In this document: one piece after another, positions 54,563 through 64,000 of the stretch | How the letters are laid out: every line of letters begins with the position of its first letter | Numbering within the stretch: the first letter of the stretch is position 1 | From: a virus | Virus record (IMG/VR): IMGVR_UViG_3300037102_000029 | Coordinates: 3,855-67,854 of that record | Length of the DNA: 64,000 nucleotides | Strand: one strand, 5' to 3' | Translations under genes and position numbers: made by a program | Notes under the pieces: model-generated | Database searches by the model: none | What the model was told of the DNA's origin: nothing | What the model saw: only the letters and a program-made list of their open reading frames with translations

Positions 54563-55270
54563 ATGACAACCAAAACAGTTTATGTTTTAGATCGACGTCG
54601 CAACCTTATCGAATGCGACATGATCGTTTATGAGTCCGATACGGGGGTATTCACTCTCGCGGACGGCACCGTTGTCGCTGCGGAAGTAGCAGCTAATTCG
54701 ATAACGGAAGCTCAGATCGCGCTAGGAGCGCTTACAACTGCTTCTTTGAACCCTGCGGCAGGCATAACTTCAGGGCAACTTGCGGGAAGTATAGCGCAGT
54801 CGAAACTTGCAGGTGGCATTTTATCAACGCAACTAGCCGCAGGCGTGGCTAAGGTTCTTTCTGGAACCGTCACGTATAACGACGGCAAGAGTGCAAACCC
54901 AATTATCACAATACCTGCGAATGCACTTGTAACCGACGTGATCGCTGTTTGCACAACCGCATTTAACGGAACCGCAGTCACGATTGACCTCGGCGATGAC
55001 AGCAATGCCAGTAACTTCATAGGCAATGCAAACGTGGGGCTCACGCTTAACGCGGTTTCGGGTCAGAAATGCTCCGATAGAGGATCAAACCTTTGGCTTA
55101 CCGGCACACAAAGCGCCACGACCCCATTTGGCGTATCGGTATGGCCTACGCCGTTGCGAAAGTTTTACGCAGCTACGAACCACTTGAACTCGACACTCGG
55201 TTACACGGGGACGTCTAAAGGAACCGCCGGCGCGATGACCGTGTATCTCGCGTATATAGCTCTCGCGTGA
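54563..55270 (+). CDS. Capsid fibre/spike-like virion protein
   Basis: ANSITEAQIA-type 10-aa repeats, then IPANALVTDV...TAFNG...IDLG jelly-roll-like domain. Confidence 0.6.
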   Translation: MTTKTVYVLDRRRNLIECDMIVYESDTGVFTLADGTVVAAEVAANSITEAQIALGALTTASLNPAAGITSGQLAGSIAQSKLAGGILSTQLAAGVAKVLSGTVTYNDGKSANPIITIPANALVTDVIAVCTTAFNGTAVTIDLGDDSNASNFIGNANVGLTLNAVSGQKCSDRGSNLWLTGTQSATTPFGVSVWPTPLRKFYAATNHLNSTLGYTGTSKGTAGAMTVYLAYIALA

Positions 55271-55279
55271 GGTGAAAAG

Positions 55280-55933
55280 ATGCAACCAGTAAGGATTTTC
55301 ATTGGGGTCGACAACGATACGGGTACTTTTATTCCTCTAAATGTTGATGCAAACGGAAACATGGGCGTCAACATGGAAGGCGAACTGGCAGTTGGTGAAC
55401 TCCAACTCGCGGCAACCGATCCGGGACTACTTGCACTCGCCACGGCACTCGCGGGCGTTTCGCCTAAGACACTCGCGGACATCTACACGCTTGCTTCATC
55501 CGGCGCAGGTCTGAAAGTGACCGGAGCTGTAACCACGTCGGGAACCGCAACAGTTAGTGGAACTGTCGCCGTTTCAACTCTGCCTGATGCAGCGAACGCG
55601 GTGCTTACGGCGGTTAAAGACCAGCTCACCGATTACCTCGCAACGCGAGAAGCACCATCAACATCAATCGTCAGCGGTCAAAACGCTTCAATACCGGCGA
55701 ACGCATCGACGGCAGTCGTGCTCACAACAAGTCAGGCGTGCGCAGAAGTGACTATCCAAGCACCGGCGGCAAATAACGTATCAATCCTGTTCGGCTCAGG
55801 AACCGGAACGTGCTATATGGAACTTGCACCCGGAAGAGACTTCACACTTCCCGTGTCGAATGTCAATCTGATTTATGTAAAGAGCTCAACATCAGACACA
55901 TCTCCTAAAGTGAATTGGATTGCGAGGGCGTAA
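55280..55933 (+). CDS. Virion accessory protein
   Basis: ATVSGTVAVS repeat and C-terminal VTIQA...N...ELAPG....LPVSNVNLIYV domain. Confidence 0.55.
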   Translation: MQPVRIFIGVDNDTGTFIPLNVDANGNMGVNMEGELAVGELQLAATDPGLLALATALAGVSPKTLADIYTLASSGAGLKVTGAVTTSGTATVSGTVAVSTLPDAANAVLTAVKDQLTDYLATREAPSTSIVSGQNASIPANASTAVVLTTSQACAEVTIQAPAANNVSILFGSGTGTCYMELAPGRDFTLPVSNVNLIYVKSSTSDTSPKVNWIARA

Positions 55934-55935
55934 TT

Positions 55936-56700
55936 ATGCGGCGGCACGGCTTTGGGGATACCGGCACCCCAATACGAGCTAATCTACCGTATGAGGCAAA
56001 CTGCGTTATTAAGTATGCCGATTGGCCCGTCAGCGGAACAACCATCGTTAATGAAGGTACAGGCGGTGCGACTTACAACGCAACCGCCGTGCAGAACGAT
56101 ATAGTCACACTTCCTAGTAAAGCGACCGCGTGGCAGTTCAGCACAACCGCATTAACCGATGTTCTCTCATTATCTACCGCGCCTGTGACTGATAACGTCG
56201 GCGCTCATACGATGGAGTTTCTTTACAAGTATGGAGGGGCTGCCAATAGCGAACTGTTCTATAAAGGAAAAGGTGACTGGACGCCTTCATACACGATAGG
56301 AGTTACTAATTGGTCTGGTTATAATTTTGTACATATTGCTAGGGATGATACAACCGCATCGTGGGGTGCCCCGTATCTCCACTGGATTGCAACAAGTACT
56401 CCGTTACTATCAGGGAATTGGTATGATATTCAAATCACTGCGGATTGGAGTAACCTCACAAATACCCCTACAATAACCATAAACGGAGTAGTGGAAGCGA
56501 TTTATTCTGAATCAATAGGGGTAGTCACTGCATACATGAATGATGCCGGTGGCCCTATGTGGTTGGGGAATTATGTCAATCAGTACAACAATTTTGGAAC
56601 TCTCGCTCAGTATCGGTTTCATACGGGCATACTCACCCCCGCACGGCTTCAACAGAACCTCCTTGCGGATATGTGGAGAGTAGGAGCGTTAGGACCGTGA
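55936..56700 (+). CDS. LamG/concanavalin-A-like lectin virion protein
   Basis: TMEFLYK...GNWYDIQIT...ITINGV...MWLGN...GTLAQYRFHTGILTPARL pattern. Confidence 0.7.
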   Translation: MRRHGFGDTGTPIRANLPYEANCVIKYADWPVSGTTIVNEGTGGATYNATAVQNDIVTLPSKATAWQFSTTALTDVLSLSTAPVTDNVGAHTMEFLYKYGGAANSELFYKGKGDWTPSYTIGVTNWSGYNFVHIARDDTTASWGAPYLHWIATSTPLLSGNWYDIQITADWSNLTNTPTITINGVVEAIYSESIGVVTAYMNDAGGPMWLGNYVNQYNNFGTLAQYRFHTGILTPARLQQNLLADMWRVGALGP

Positions 56701-57998
56701 GTGATACAATCGGTTTAGCATGGCAGCGTCGCGCCGATGCTTATGCACGCCTTGAGAACTTAGATGGGCTCTCTAATCCAGAAGTGATAGCGCACTGCAA
56801 CAATATTGCACCCTATAAAGGGATGGGTCGTGTGAACATGACCGACAACGGTGCGATTGGCCCCGTTCAGAACGCAAACGGAACCGGCTGCGGTTATGAT
56901 GACTCGATAGACGGTGTAGCCGCGAACGGTCAGGCAATGTGGATATTTCCCCCTTATTACTACTGGACGCTACACACGCCCTCTATAGATGACACTTACC
57001 GCTGGTTCATCTCGCCAACAGGCTCACCCTCCGACACAGTAAGTAGCTCAAGTTATGCAGGTTTACCAGATTACACGCCACCTGACCCGATACCGTGGAA
57101 GTTGAACCCCACATTCATACGAGGTGGCATAAAGGTTCCGTGGATCGCACTTGGGGCGTTTGAAGGCTTTGTCAATGGTCCATTGTTAGAATCCAAAGTT
57201 GGCGTCATTCCGACAACGGGACTCACTGTTGACCAGTTCCGCACGGCAGCGCAGAACCGAGGTGCAGGGTGGGGAATGCAGGATTTCTACACCACAAACG
57301 CAATGCAACTTGCGTTCCTCATCTGGAACGGCGGCTTTAATTCGTGGGGGTGGCAGCCGCAGGGTACTGAAATCTCCCTAGGACCCGGCGTCACGACTAT
57401 TCAGAATGAACCTAATCGAGTTAGCGGCGTTCGTACCGGCTGGACCTCACAACTAGCAGCCGACAACGGTGGTGTAAACTTAGGCAACACAACCGGGCAG
57501 GGAGTTCCGTTCACGACAAGCGCGGCAGACGGCCTCGTTTCGCCAGATACTCCAACAATTGGAGTGCAGCAAATATCATGGTACGGTCTGGAAGGACCAT
57601 ACGGCAACATTCAAAAGTTTATAGACGGGATTAATATAGCCCCATCAGGCGAGGTATGGGTTGCCAAGCGCGGATTCGCCGAAGATACATTCGTAGCGCC
57701 GTATGTTGATACGTCATTGGCAGTTCCAGAAGGTGGTGGTGCTGTTTGGTCTGCGGATATTGTGCAAAACACAATGTATGATTGGAGCTTGTTACCGGCG
57801 GATACATCAGGGGGTGCACCGGAAAAATACCTGTGTGGGATGACTAATAGAGGGGATGGTATGATGAACATCCCTTTATTGGGTGGTTCATGGGACTCGT
57901 ATTGGGTTTCATCACTGTTCACATGGTACTTACCGTTTCATTCGGTGGGCACATGGGACAATATTGGGGCGCGGTTAATGTATATCCCCCAGGGGTAA
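56697..57998 (+). CDS. Mtd-like C-type-lectin-fold tail fibre/receptor-binding protein
   Basis: MWIFPPYYY, LNPTFI, LGAFEG, YGLEGPYGNIQKFIDG, C-terminal GGSW...IGARL; GTG start overlapping the previous stop. Confidence 0.75.
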   Translation: MSDTIGLAWQRRADAYARLENLDGLSNPEVIAHCNNIAPYKGMGRVNMTDNGAIGPVQNANGTGCGYDDSIDGVAANGQAMWIFPPYYYWTLHTPSIDDTYRWFISPTGSPSDTVSSSSYAGLPDYTPPDPIPWKLNPTFIRGGIKVPWIALGAFEGFVNGPLLESKVGVIPTTGLTVDQFRTAAQNRGAGWGMQDFYTTNAMQLAFLIWNGGFNSWGWQPQGTEISLGPGVTTIQNEPNRVSGVRTGWTSQLAADNGGVNLGNTTGQGVPFTTSAADGLVSPDTPTIGVQQISWYGLEGPYGNIQKFIDGINIAPSGEVWVAKRGFAEDTFVAPYVDTSLAVPEGGGAVWSADIVQNTMYDWSLLPADTSGGAPEKYLCGMTNRGDGMMNIPLLGGSWDSYWVSSLFTWYLPFHSVGTWDNIGARLMYIPQG

Positions 57999-58003
57999 CA
58001 ACG

Positions 58004-59137
58004 ATGACAACAACGAGCCGACTTCAGATGCTTGGAAACTATAATTGTTACAGTGGGTATTACCCGATTGCGCCGTGGATAAACCCCCTTATGGTCGAGG
58101 CGCTACAAGAGAATAACTACGATGCGGTTATCTCTCCTAATGCATGGGAACTAATCGGTAGGAACCCTACCACTCACGCTATTGATGAAGATTTTATCGC
58201 CGCGTCACACAGGGCAACAGAAGTACTCATTGATGCGGGAATAAACGTGTGGATGGACTTAACGACGATTCCGTATTCCAGCACTGATTTCTATAATCCA
58301 CCAATCGGCAATCTGCCGACACAGTATCAGGCACACGTTGCGGATGGAGAAGATAAGTACGAGTCCCTTTACGGTGACCAGCTTGATTGGTGGCAGTCAC
58401 TTCCACAGTTTAAGGGCTACGGATACGAGTGTATGGAAGATAACGGTGCCGCGTGGCTCAGGGAACGAACATCATTAGAAATTATGATACATATCTTTGG
58501 CTCAGACCCGCGATGGGATTGGATTGTCGGCTCATGGATACCGAACGGCAACCCTGCGGCATATACGCGGAACGTGGACGGCTCAGAAACCCTAAAGTGG
58601 TCCGCCGTTGACACGCGAATGTCGCAGGTGGATGCGGTATCCTTCCAATTCTTTGATGCATACCAGCTCTACAGACCAACAATCACCAGCGTTATGAATT
58701 ATATATTTGAGAATTACCCTTCGAAGTCGTTTGGCTGTATGATGGGCTACCAACCAAGCCCCAATCAGGTTATATGGTGCAATAATATGTGGTGGAGCGA
58801 TCTTTGTTGGGGTGACGGAAACCCCCCGAACTATGCTCCTGCGCCTGAATTTTGGAACATCAGCGAGCAGAAGCGTAGGTGTTCGATAATCTGTAATATG
58901 TATAAGGCACGATTATCCAAGAAAGCGTGCGATTGGATTGCACCGTATATTGACCCTTTGTATGAGTTGCCCGGTTCAGGGTATGATTATGTTGGGGAAT
59001 ACATGGCTTTCTTCAGCTCACTCCAGCTCACTACTCCGTTTGGTGGCGCACAAAAGAACACCACCGCAACAGCACAGAACATGAATCTTGAGGCAACAGT
59101 TCCTATGAGATGGGATTTAAGGGCGGATTTAACATGA
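58004..59137 (+). CDS. Putative TIM-barrel-like virion protein
   Basis: Alpha/beta alternation (YDAVI, AGINVWMDL, FKGYGYE, VSFQFF, FGCMMG); Trp/Tyr rich. Confidence 0.45.
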   Translation: MTTTSRLQMLGNYNCYSGYYPIAPWINPLMVEALQENNYDAVISPNAWELIGRNPTTHAIDEDFIAASHRATEVLIDAGINVWMDLTTIPYSSTDFYNPPIGNLPTQYQAHVADGEDKYESLYGDQLDWWQSLPQFKGYGYECMEDNGAAWLRERTSLEIMIHIFGSDPRWDWIVGSWIPNGNPAAYTRNVDGSETLKWSAVDTRMSQVDAVSFQFFDAYQLYRPTITSVMNYIFENYPSKSFGCMMGYQPSPNQVIWCNNMWWSDLCWGDGNPPNYAPAPEFWNISEQKRRCSIICNMYKARLSKKACDWIAPYIDPLYELPGSGYDYVGEYMAFFSSLQLTTPFGGAQKNTTATAQNMNLEATVPMRWDLRADLT

Positions 59138-59949
59138 CTAATCTACAAGCACATATGTACCCTTACGGTGCGTCGCTGCTGTGGGGCGCAACGGCGAACG
59201 ATGATGCACTTGACATCACGAATGATCCGATCTACGTGCTCCTTGTCGGCGTGCATAGCAACGTGCCGTTCTCGCAGAATATAGCACACCACTACGTCCA
59301 TGATATAATCTCGTATGAAATATCGAATCAAAGCGGCTACGGCGCTCTTGCAGGCTACACCGATGGCGTTGGGGTCCCGCTGACCACGATTGCCCCCATC
59401 GTAGACACGTCAGCCGACCCGTTAATATATTCAGAGTTCTTTGCGAGCAGTGATACAGAAGGCAACAATGCTGTGCCGAATCCTACGACAGGAATAAACG
59501 GATTCTTATGCACCGGCATGTCGTTTATTGGGATGCAAGGCTGGGTGATGTACCGCAAGACCGCCGGCACGACAAACACTGGCTGGCCGCTACTTGGATA
59601 TGGTGATTTATGTGGGGGCTCAGTTCAGCAAGCACTCATAGGGGGTTCGCCGTTCAACACATCAGGACAAAACACGATAGGCGTCGATGACGCGGACGGG
59701 TTCGTTACCTACACTTTAGGCGTTCCCGGCGGTCAGGTGTATATTGGAGACACGGCAGGTCACATGGAAGCCAATACGATCGCATCAATTAGCGGAACGG
59801 CAAGTCCGTTTACGCTGACAATGACGAATCCGCTGGCGCACACGTATGGGGCCGGCGCTATCGTGCTCCACGCTAATAATGCAGCAGATGACAAGTGTGA
59901 GATAGCACTTGGCGGCGCGACGGGCGTATTCAAACTGCAAGTACCGTGA
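59134..59949 (+). CDS. Virion/tail structural protein
   Basis: DITNDPIYVLLV...DII..EIS..SGY..G motif; distant paralog of 61699-62178, with a beta-domain insert. Confidence 0.55.
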   Translation: MTNLQAHMYPYGASLLWGATANDDALDITNDPIYVLLVGVHSNVPFSQNIAHHYVHDIISYEISNQSGYGALAGYTDGVGVPLTTIAPIVDTSADPLIYSEFFASSDTEGNNAVPNPTTGINGFLCTGMSFIGMQGWVMYRKTAGTTNTGWPLLGYGDLCGGSVQQALIGGSPFNTSGQNTIGVDDADGFVTYTLGVPGGQVYIGDTAGHMEANTIASISGTASPFTLTMTNPLAHTYGAGAIVLHANNAADDKCEIALGGATGVFKLQVP

Positions 59950-59955
59950 GAGAGA

Positions 59956-60405
59956 ATGACAACATGGACATACACCGCGACAGTAGGGCAGATTGTAGGC
60001 GCCGGTTCGTGCTCATATCAGCTAAGCGGACTTTTTACGTACCAAGCGAGCGGCGGTTCCATCGTGGCTGCCGGAGGGTGCTCACGTTTGCCCAGCAGCG
60101 TAAGAGTATTCTACGCCGCTCCCGGCTACACAGTCACACAGGGGTCATGCTCGCCGAGGATGGGCTGGCTGCTTTTATGGAAGCAGTGGTTACAACCGAA
60201 CACGGCGGTCGAACTGCTTACCGATGCGACGACCGGGGTGCCACTCACAGAATCACAGACGGAGGCGACTATGGAAAATGCTGAAATAGATAGCACAACA
60301 GCAGCCCACAAGTCAGCGGCAGCGACAACAGCCGTCTTAGCACAAACGGGATCATCACAATGCGCTGTTGAAGAAACAGGCTCAACTACAGGAACGAAAG
60401 ATTAG
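59956..60405 (+). CDS. Hypothetical virion protein
   Basis: Thr/Gly-rich ORF in operon. Confidence 0.45.
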   Translation: MTTWTYTATVGQIVGAGSCSYQLSGLFTYQASGGSIVAAGGCSRLPSSVRVFYAAPGYTVTQGSCSPRMGWLLLWKQWLQPNTAVELLTDATTGVPLTESQTEATMENAEIDSTTAAHKSAAATTAVLAQTGSSQCAVEETGSTTGTKD

Positions 60406-60415
60406 GAGACTCAAA

Positions 60416-60862
60416 ATGGCTGACGATATAGTCCTCGATGCTGGCGACACGCGATACGAATCAATAACAGTCACGGACGGCGCAACGCCACCGAATCCGA
60501 TAGATTTTACAGACGCCACAAATGTTGTGTGGACTGCAACGTTAAACGGTAATGTGGTACTGCGGAAGCACACCGCTGATAATGGGATTCAAATAGTTGA
60601 TCTCACCGGCGGAACCGCTCAAAACTTAGTCCCCCAACTATTGCTCACGCTCAATCCCGATGACACATCGCCTGCTTTTGGCATTGGTTCAACAACAACG
60701 GTGAACACGTATCCATACGAGCTTCGCATCTACTTCACCGAAGGCGGTGTCAAATCGCAGAGTCTCGTCATTAAAGGCGTATCACTCATTGTTAATCCGA
60801 GCACATCATGCGGGACTGAAGCGACCATTCATTTTGACTCAATCGTGCAGGGGGTCTTTTAA
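60416..60862 (+). CDS. BppU N-terminal-like baseplate/fibre adaptor
   Basis: GDT...ITVTD...PIDFTDA...LNPDDT...YPYELRI; SD AGGAG. Confidence 0.55.
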   Translation: MADDIVLDAGDTRYESITVTDGATPPNPIDFTDATNVVWTATLNGNVVLRKHTADNGIQIVDLTGGTAQNLVPQLLLTLNPDDTSPAFGIGSTTTVNTYPYELRIYFTEGGVKSQSLVIKGVSLIVNPSTSCGTEATIHFDSIVQGVF

Positions 60863-61434
60863 TGGCAAACGATTTCAGCTTCCGGCAGGGGGAAAACTAT
60901 ACGCATTGCGTCGCGATCACTGACCGGCGTGTTGGCACCCCCGTTGATCTCACCAATGGAATGTCAGCACCATATACACTCACGGGGCTCAGTAATACAT
61001 CCGCAAGAATAATCTTATCTATCTTCTCCGGTTCGACGCCGGTGCTCACTAAGGACACCGGCACAGGCACGTCAACGCCCACCGTTATATTCGCATCGCC
61101 TGACCTGACTATCTCGGTGAATCCACTGGCGACCATTTCAACAACGGTATGCACTATAATGCTCGCGTTCACGCAAACTGACGCAGCTATCCTTATCCCT
61201 GGGTCGTATAATTACGAGGTTCGGACGATCCTCAACGGCGTGCAAAAAGTATCGTACCCGCTCCTCAACAATAGCGCGTCGTTCACTGTTAGTTCATCGG
61301 AGACGTGGAATACTATTTCTGGCCTTCCAAGAGTTGAACCGCCAGTGTCGGCGCCGAAAGAAGAGATTTCAAAGCCACCGGCGAAAGCTACTAAGTTTGA
61401 CAGAGAGAAATGGCGAAAGGACCACGGGCATTAG
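60862..61434 (+). CDS. BppU N-terminal-like protein, paralog of the previous gene
   Basis: RQGE...ITD...PVDLT...TQTD...PGSYNYEVR. Confidence 0.55.
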   Translation: MANDFSFRQGENYTHCVAITDRRVGTPVDLTNGMSAPYTLTGLSNTSARIILSIFSGSTPVLTKDTGTGTSTPTVIFASPDLTISVNPLATISTTVCTIMLAFTQTDAAILIPGSYNYEVRTILNGVQKVSYPLLNNSASFTVSSSETWNTISGLPRVEPPVSAPKEEISKPPAKATKFDREKWRKDHGH

Positions 61435-61438
61435 AAAA

Positions 61439-61702
61439 ATGGTAGATGTAGAACAAATCGAGTTTGGGGCGTTTAAAGTCTATGACCCTAAAGTAACCGT
61501 CCGAAACAATATTCTTCCGCCACTTGTGGAACTTCAAAACTGCACTACCTGCCACAGAGGGAGGCGACTTCCAGCGGACGCTATGAGCGACGACGATTAT
61601 CATTACCGTTGTACTTGGGACAGCCGAACGCACATCGGACTCAAGCACTACGATAATGATTGTGGAAATTATGTTAGAAAAAAAGAGGGGATTAATAAAT
61701 GA
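61439..61702 (+). CDS. Small Cys-containing protein
   Basis: NCTTC...C...DCGNY; start at MVDVEQ. Confidence 0.45.
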   Translation: MVDVEQIEFGAFKVYDPKVTVRNNILPPLVELQNCTTCHRGRRLPADAMSDDDYHYRCTWDSRTHIGLKHYDNDCGNYVRKKEGINK

Positions 61703-62178
61703 CAAGTGCCGTATTTGATAACGCGCCGATCAAATTAATGACCGGCTTAGTGAATATACAAGCGAACAGCACGACAACGTTTTGCGTGCTTGGCCCTACG
61801 GCAGATGCGCCTGTAAAGGCAACATGGGCGACCTACAACGACATAAAATGGGCGGCATCAAGTCCGTTTGAAATAGCAGCCGTCAATGGTTACGCACTCG
61901 GCGGCTCAGGAGTCGCGACGGTTGTTCCTACAGTTACTTCAGCAGTAGTTGGACTTAAAACAAGTGCGCCTCTCGTATTCACAACGAACGCAACGATAAC
62001 CGCGCAGTATGCAATTATCCAGAGCCTTATCAACTCAGGTTCGCCGACGAGTACAACTACGACGAACCCGCTGCATTGCTACCTCGACTTAGGGGCGCAG
62101 CAAGTAACCAACGGAACGCTTACATTAACGTGGGCGGCAGCGGGGATATACACGATGACAGTAGCAGCGGCTTCTTAG
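61699..62178 (+). CDS. Virion/tail structural protein
   Basis: EIAAVNGYALGG...ITAQYAII...PLHCYLDLG...NGTLTLTW.AAGI pattern common in phage minor structural proteins. Confidence 0.6.
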   Translation: MTSAVFDNAPIKLMTGLVNIQANSTTTFCVLGPTADAPVKATWATYNDIKWAASSPFEIAAVNGYALGGSGVATVVPTVTSAVVGLKTSAPLVFTTNATITAQYAIIQSLINSGSPTSTTTTNPLHCYLDLGAQQVTNGTLTLTWAAAGIYTMTVAAAS

Positions 62179-62186
62179 GTGATTGA

Positions 62187-62492
62187 ATGACAGTAGTAGG
62201 CGACAAATTCGTCCTTGAAGCACACTCACTCGCCAACAATGGAACCTTAGCTGTGCAACCGGCTAGTGGATACGAGGCGACGATTCACAACATAATGTAT
62301 AATCAGGCCGTTCAGTTCTTCGCAAACTCCCCAACAACGACGAGTTTTATGTATGACAGTGACGGGACGGCAGGAGCAAGACTTGGCTTAGTGCAAGACG
62401 TGAACAATACCTATTACATCACGGTCAAGAACGTCAGCGGCAGCGCGGCAGCGGAGATAGTAGTTACGGGAGTTTATACAAAGACGCCATGA
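62187..62492 (+). CDS. Small beta-sandwich virion protein
   Basis: QPASGYEATIHNI...NNTYYITVKN; AGGTGA SD. Confidence 0.5.
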   Translation: MTVVGDKFVLEAHSLANNGTLAVQPASGYEATIHNIMYNQAVQFFANSPTTTSFMYDSDGTAGARLGLVQDVNNTYYITVKNVSGSAAAEIVVTGVYTKTP

Positions 62493-63313
62493 CGACAGTT
62501 TTTGGGGATACATCGAGAGGGGTCGCCGGAACGCTTCATAGCTTCCCGTCTCTCTTTACTCCGTCAACTCCTGTCGAAACATATTTAGGACAAGGGAGCG
62601 CCGTCGTGCTTCCGAATGCTAATCCGGGCGCAGGTGGAGCGCAAGTATCCTACACTTGTCAAGCCGCAGACTGCCCGGTTTATGCAACAGGGGTTAGCGG
62701 CAGATATCAACCGTCTTTTTATGCGGCGGGCAAGAACACATCAGCCTCAGCGGTCACGATTAGCATACAATTATACAAAGGCGCATCGGCGTGGGGGGTG
62801 GGACAAAGCGGTTCATGTCCGGCGGGTTATTATTGGACACTTCAGACATGGAACACAACGCTAAGCACAAATCCAACGGGGGATGTTTACAATTTAGCGA
62901 TGTGGGCTAGTGCATCGAGCGCCGCCAATTATGATTATTATGCCTTTAACGTAATGCCGGTGATGTATGCCGAAACCCGTTTGCTCAATAAAAACATGGC
63001 GCTGTACAATTTTACTTTTACGACAAACACGACTTATCCGACGCTTTCATTAGGTGTTCCGAGCAGAGGTGGTTCAAGACTTGGTAACTGCATCTACGTG
63101 GCCTCGTCAACCCATTCACAGACGTATTGTTTACCCGGCACTACAAAGATGTGGTATTCCGCTGCAACGTATGGCTACCAATACCAAGATGCGGCCGTGA
63201 CGGCATCAAATTCATACGTTATCCAAACGTCGAGCGGAACCACGCACCCGCTGTATTATTCGATGATCCTGATAAACTCAGCAAGTTACATCCCTATCGA
63301 GGTGGTGATGTAA
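62489..63313 (+). CDS. Beta-rich virion accessory protein
   Basis: Ser/Thr/Tyr-rich; paralog of the following gene. Confidence 0.55.
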   Translation: MTTVFGDTSRGVAGTLHSFPSLFTPSTPVETYLGQGSAVVLPNANPGAGGAQVSYTCQAADCPVYATGVSGRYQPSFYAAGKNTSASAVTISIQLYKGASAWGVGQSGSCPAGYYWTLQTWNTTLSTNPTGDVYNLAMWASASSAANYDYYAFNVMPVMYAETRLLNKNMALYNFTFTTNTTYPTLSLGVPSRGGSRLGNCIYVASSTHSQTYCLPGTTKMWYSAATYGYQYQDAAVTASNSYVIQTSSGTTHPLYYSMILINSASYIPIEVVM

Positions 63314-64000
63314 TGTCGGTAATTCAATCGAGAAGGATTGACTGGGGAACCCGCCGCGTGAATTTTCCGACTGTTTATGCGACGAATCCAACGCCGACCG
63401 AGACGTTACTTACGGGCGGCAATATCCTAACGCTTCCTACGTCAAAACCTGCGTCGCCTCAGTTCTCTTATACCATCGCTTCGGGAGTTATGCCGGTCTT
63501 TAATTACGGCCTCAATTATGGTAGTTTTTATCCTTATCTCTGCTTTTCAGGAAAAAACAACGATGCGTCGGCGCGAGCCGTGACTATAGGCATCTATCGC
63601 AACGGCAGTTTAGTACAAACCGCCTCAAATTCAGCTACCGCATCGGGTCAATATTGGACTATCACGTATGTAAATTACGGGACACCGGCATGGGCAGTCG
63701 GTGACGTAATAACGGTCTTTTTATGGAGTGCAAGTTCGACGAGCGTCACGTATGATTATAATGCCTACGTCTTACGCGCTCTTTCTATTAGACACCCGAT
63801 GCATGATAATTGGATGCTTAGAAAACTGACATACACATTGACAGTAAGTCCTGTACTTACGTTAGGGACTCCGGGACTTTCAGTCAGTTATTACTATTAT
63901 TTAAGTATAGGATCTGCGTGGGGTGGTTTCTATTCAACCTCAGTGGCTGCAGATTTAGCATATCAGACCGCCACGAACGGCCTTTGGGGGCCGGGACTCG
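63313..64000 (+). CDS. Beta-rich virion accessory protein, 3'-truncated; paralog of 62489-63313
   Basis: MSVIQSRRIDWGTRRVNFPTVYATNPTPTETLL...QFSYT...GKNNDASARAVTI...GQYWT aligns with FPSLFTPSTPVETYL...QVSYT...GKNTSASAVTI...GYYWT. Confidence 0.65.
   Translation, partial: MSVIQSRRIDWGTRRVNFPTVYATNPTPTETLLTGGNILTLPTSKPASPQFSYTIASGVMPVFNYGLNYGSFYPYLCFSGKNNDASARAVTIGIYRNGSLVQTASNSATASGQYWTITYVNYGTPAWAVGDVITVFLWSASSTSVTYDYNAYVLRALSIRHPMHDNWMLRKLTYTLTVSPVLTLGTPGLSVSYYYYLSIGSAWGGFYSTSVAADLAYQTATNGLWGPGL

Noticed and set aside
1-64000. Prophage boundaries, integrase, DNA polymerase, rRNA or cellular housekeeping genes
   Set aside because: None recognised; the whole window reads as viral, so lifestyle and exact host cannot be determined from it.

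Overview
The window is a large piece of a tailed dsDNA virus genome (siphovirus-like), apparently circularly permuted: it starts and ends inside virion genes. An archaeal host is inferred from GGAGGTGA(T) Shine-Dalgarno sites, BRE/TATA promoters 23-35 nt upstream of leaderless starts, an Hjc-like resolvase and two archaeal-type histone folds. Layout: (i) 1-17.6 kb, + strand: tail module (tail chaperone with a -1 frameshift, tape measure, a giant insertion-rich distal tail protein, a Gp37-like hub, a beta-helix tail spike), then membrane/lysis genes, a VIT1/CCC1 transporter and histone 1. (ii) 18-41.6 kb, - strand: early/accessory genes (papain-like peptidase, TIM-barrel-like protein, histone 2, Hjc, several HNH nucleases, P-loop helicase-like protein, Ku, many small ORFs). 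(iii) 41.2-43.1 kb: divergence region with three TATA-preceded, strongly hairpin-forming non-coding stretches and an HNH gene. (iv) 43.1-64 kb, + strand: terminases, a cluster of very basic and very acidic small proteins, portal, an XkdF protease carrying a UDG-like insert, scaffold, cement, major capsid, neck genes and about 10 kb of accessory virion genes. The best novelty candidates are the paralogous truncated histone pair plus basic/acidic peptides, a family of 3-4 TIM-barrel-like domains in apparent active and inactive versions, and putative small RNAs exposing anti-Shine-Dalgarno loops. All family calls come from motif recognition by eye; no searches were run.
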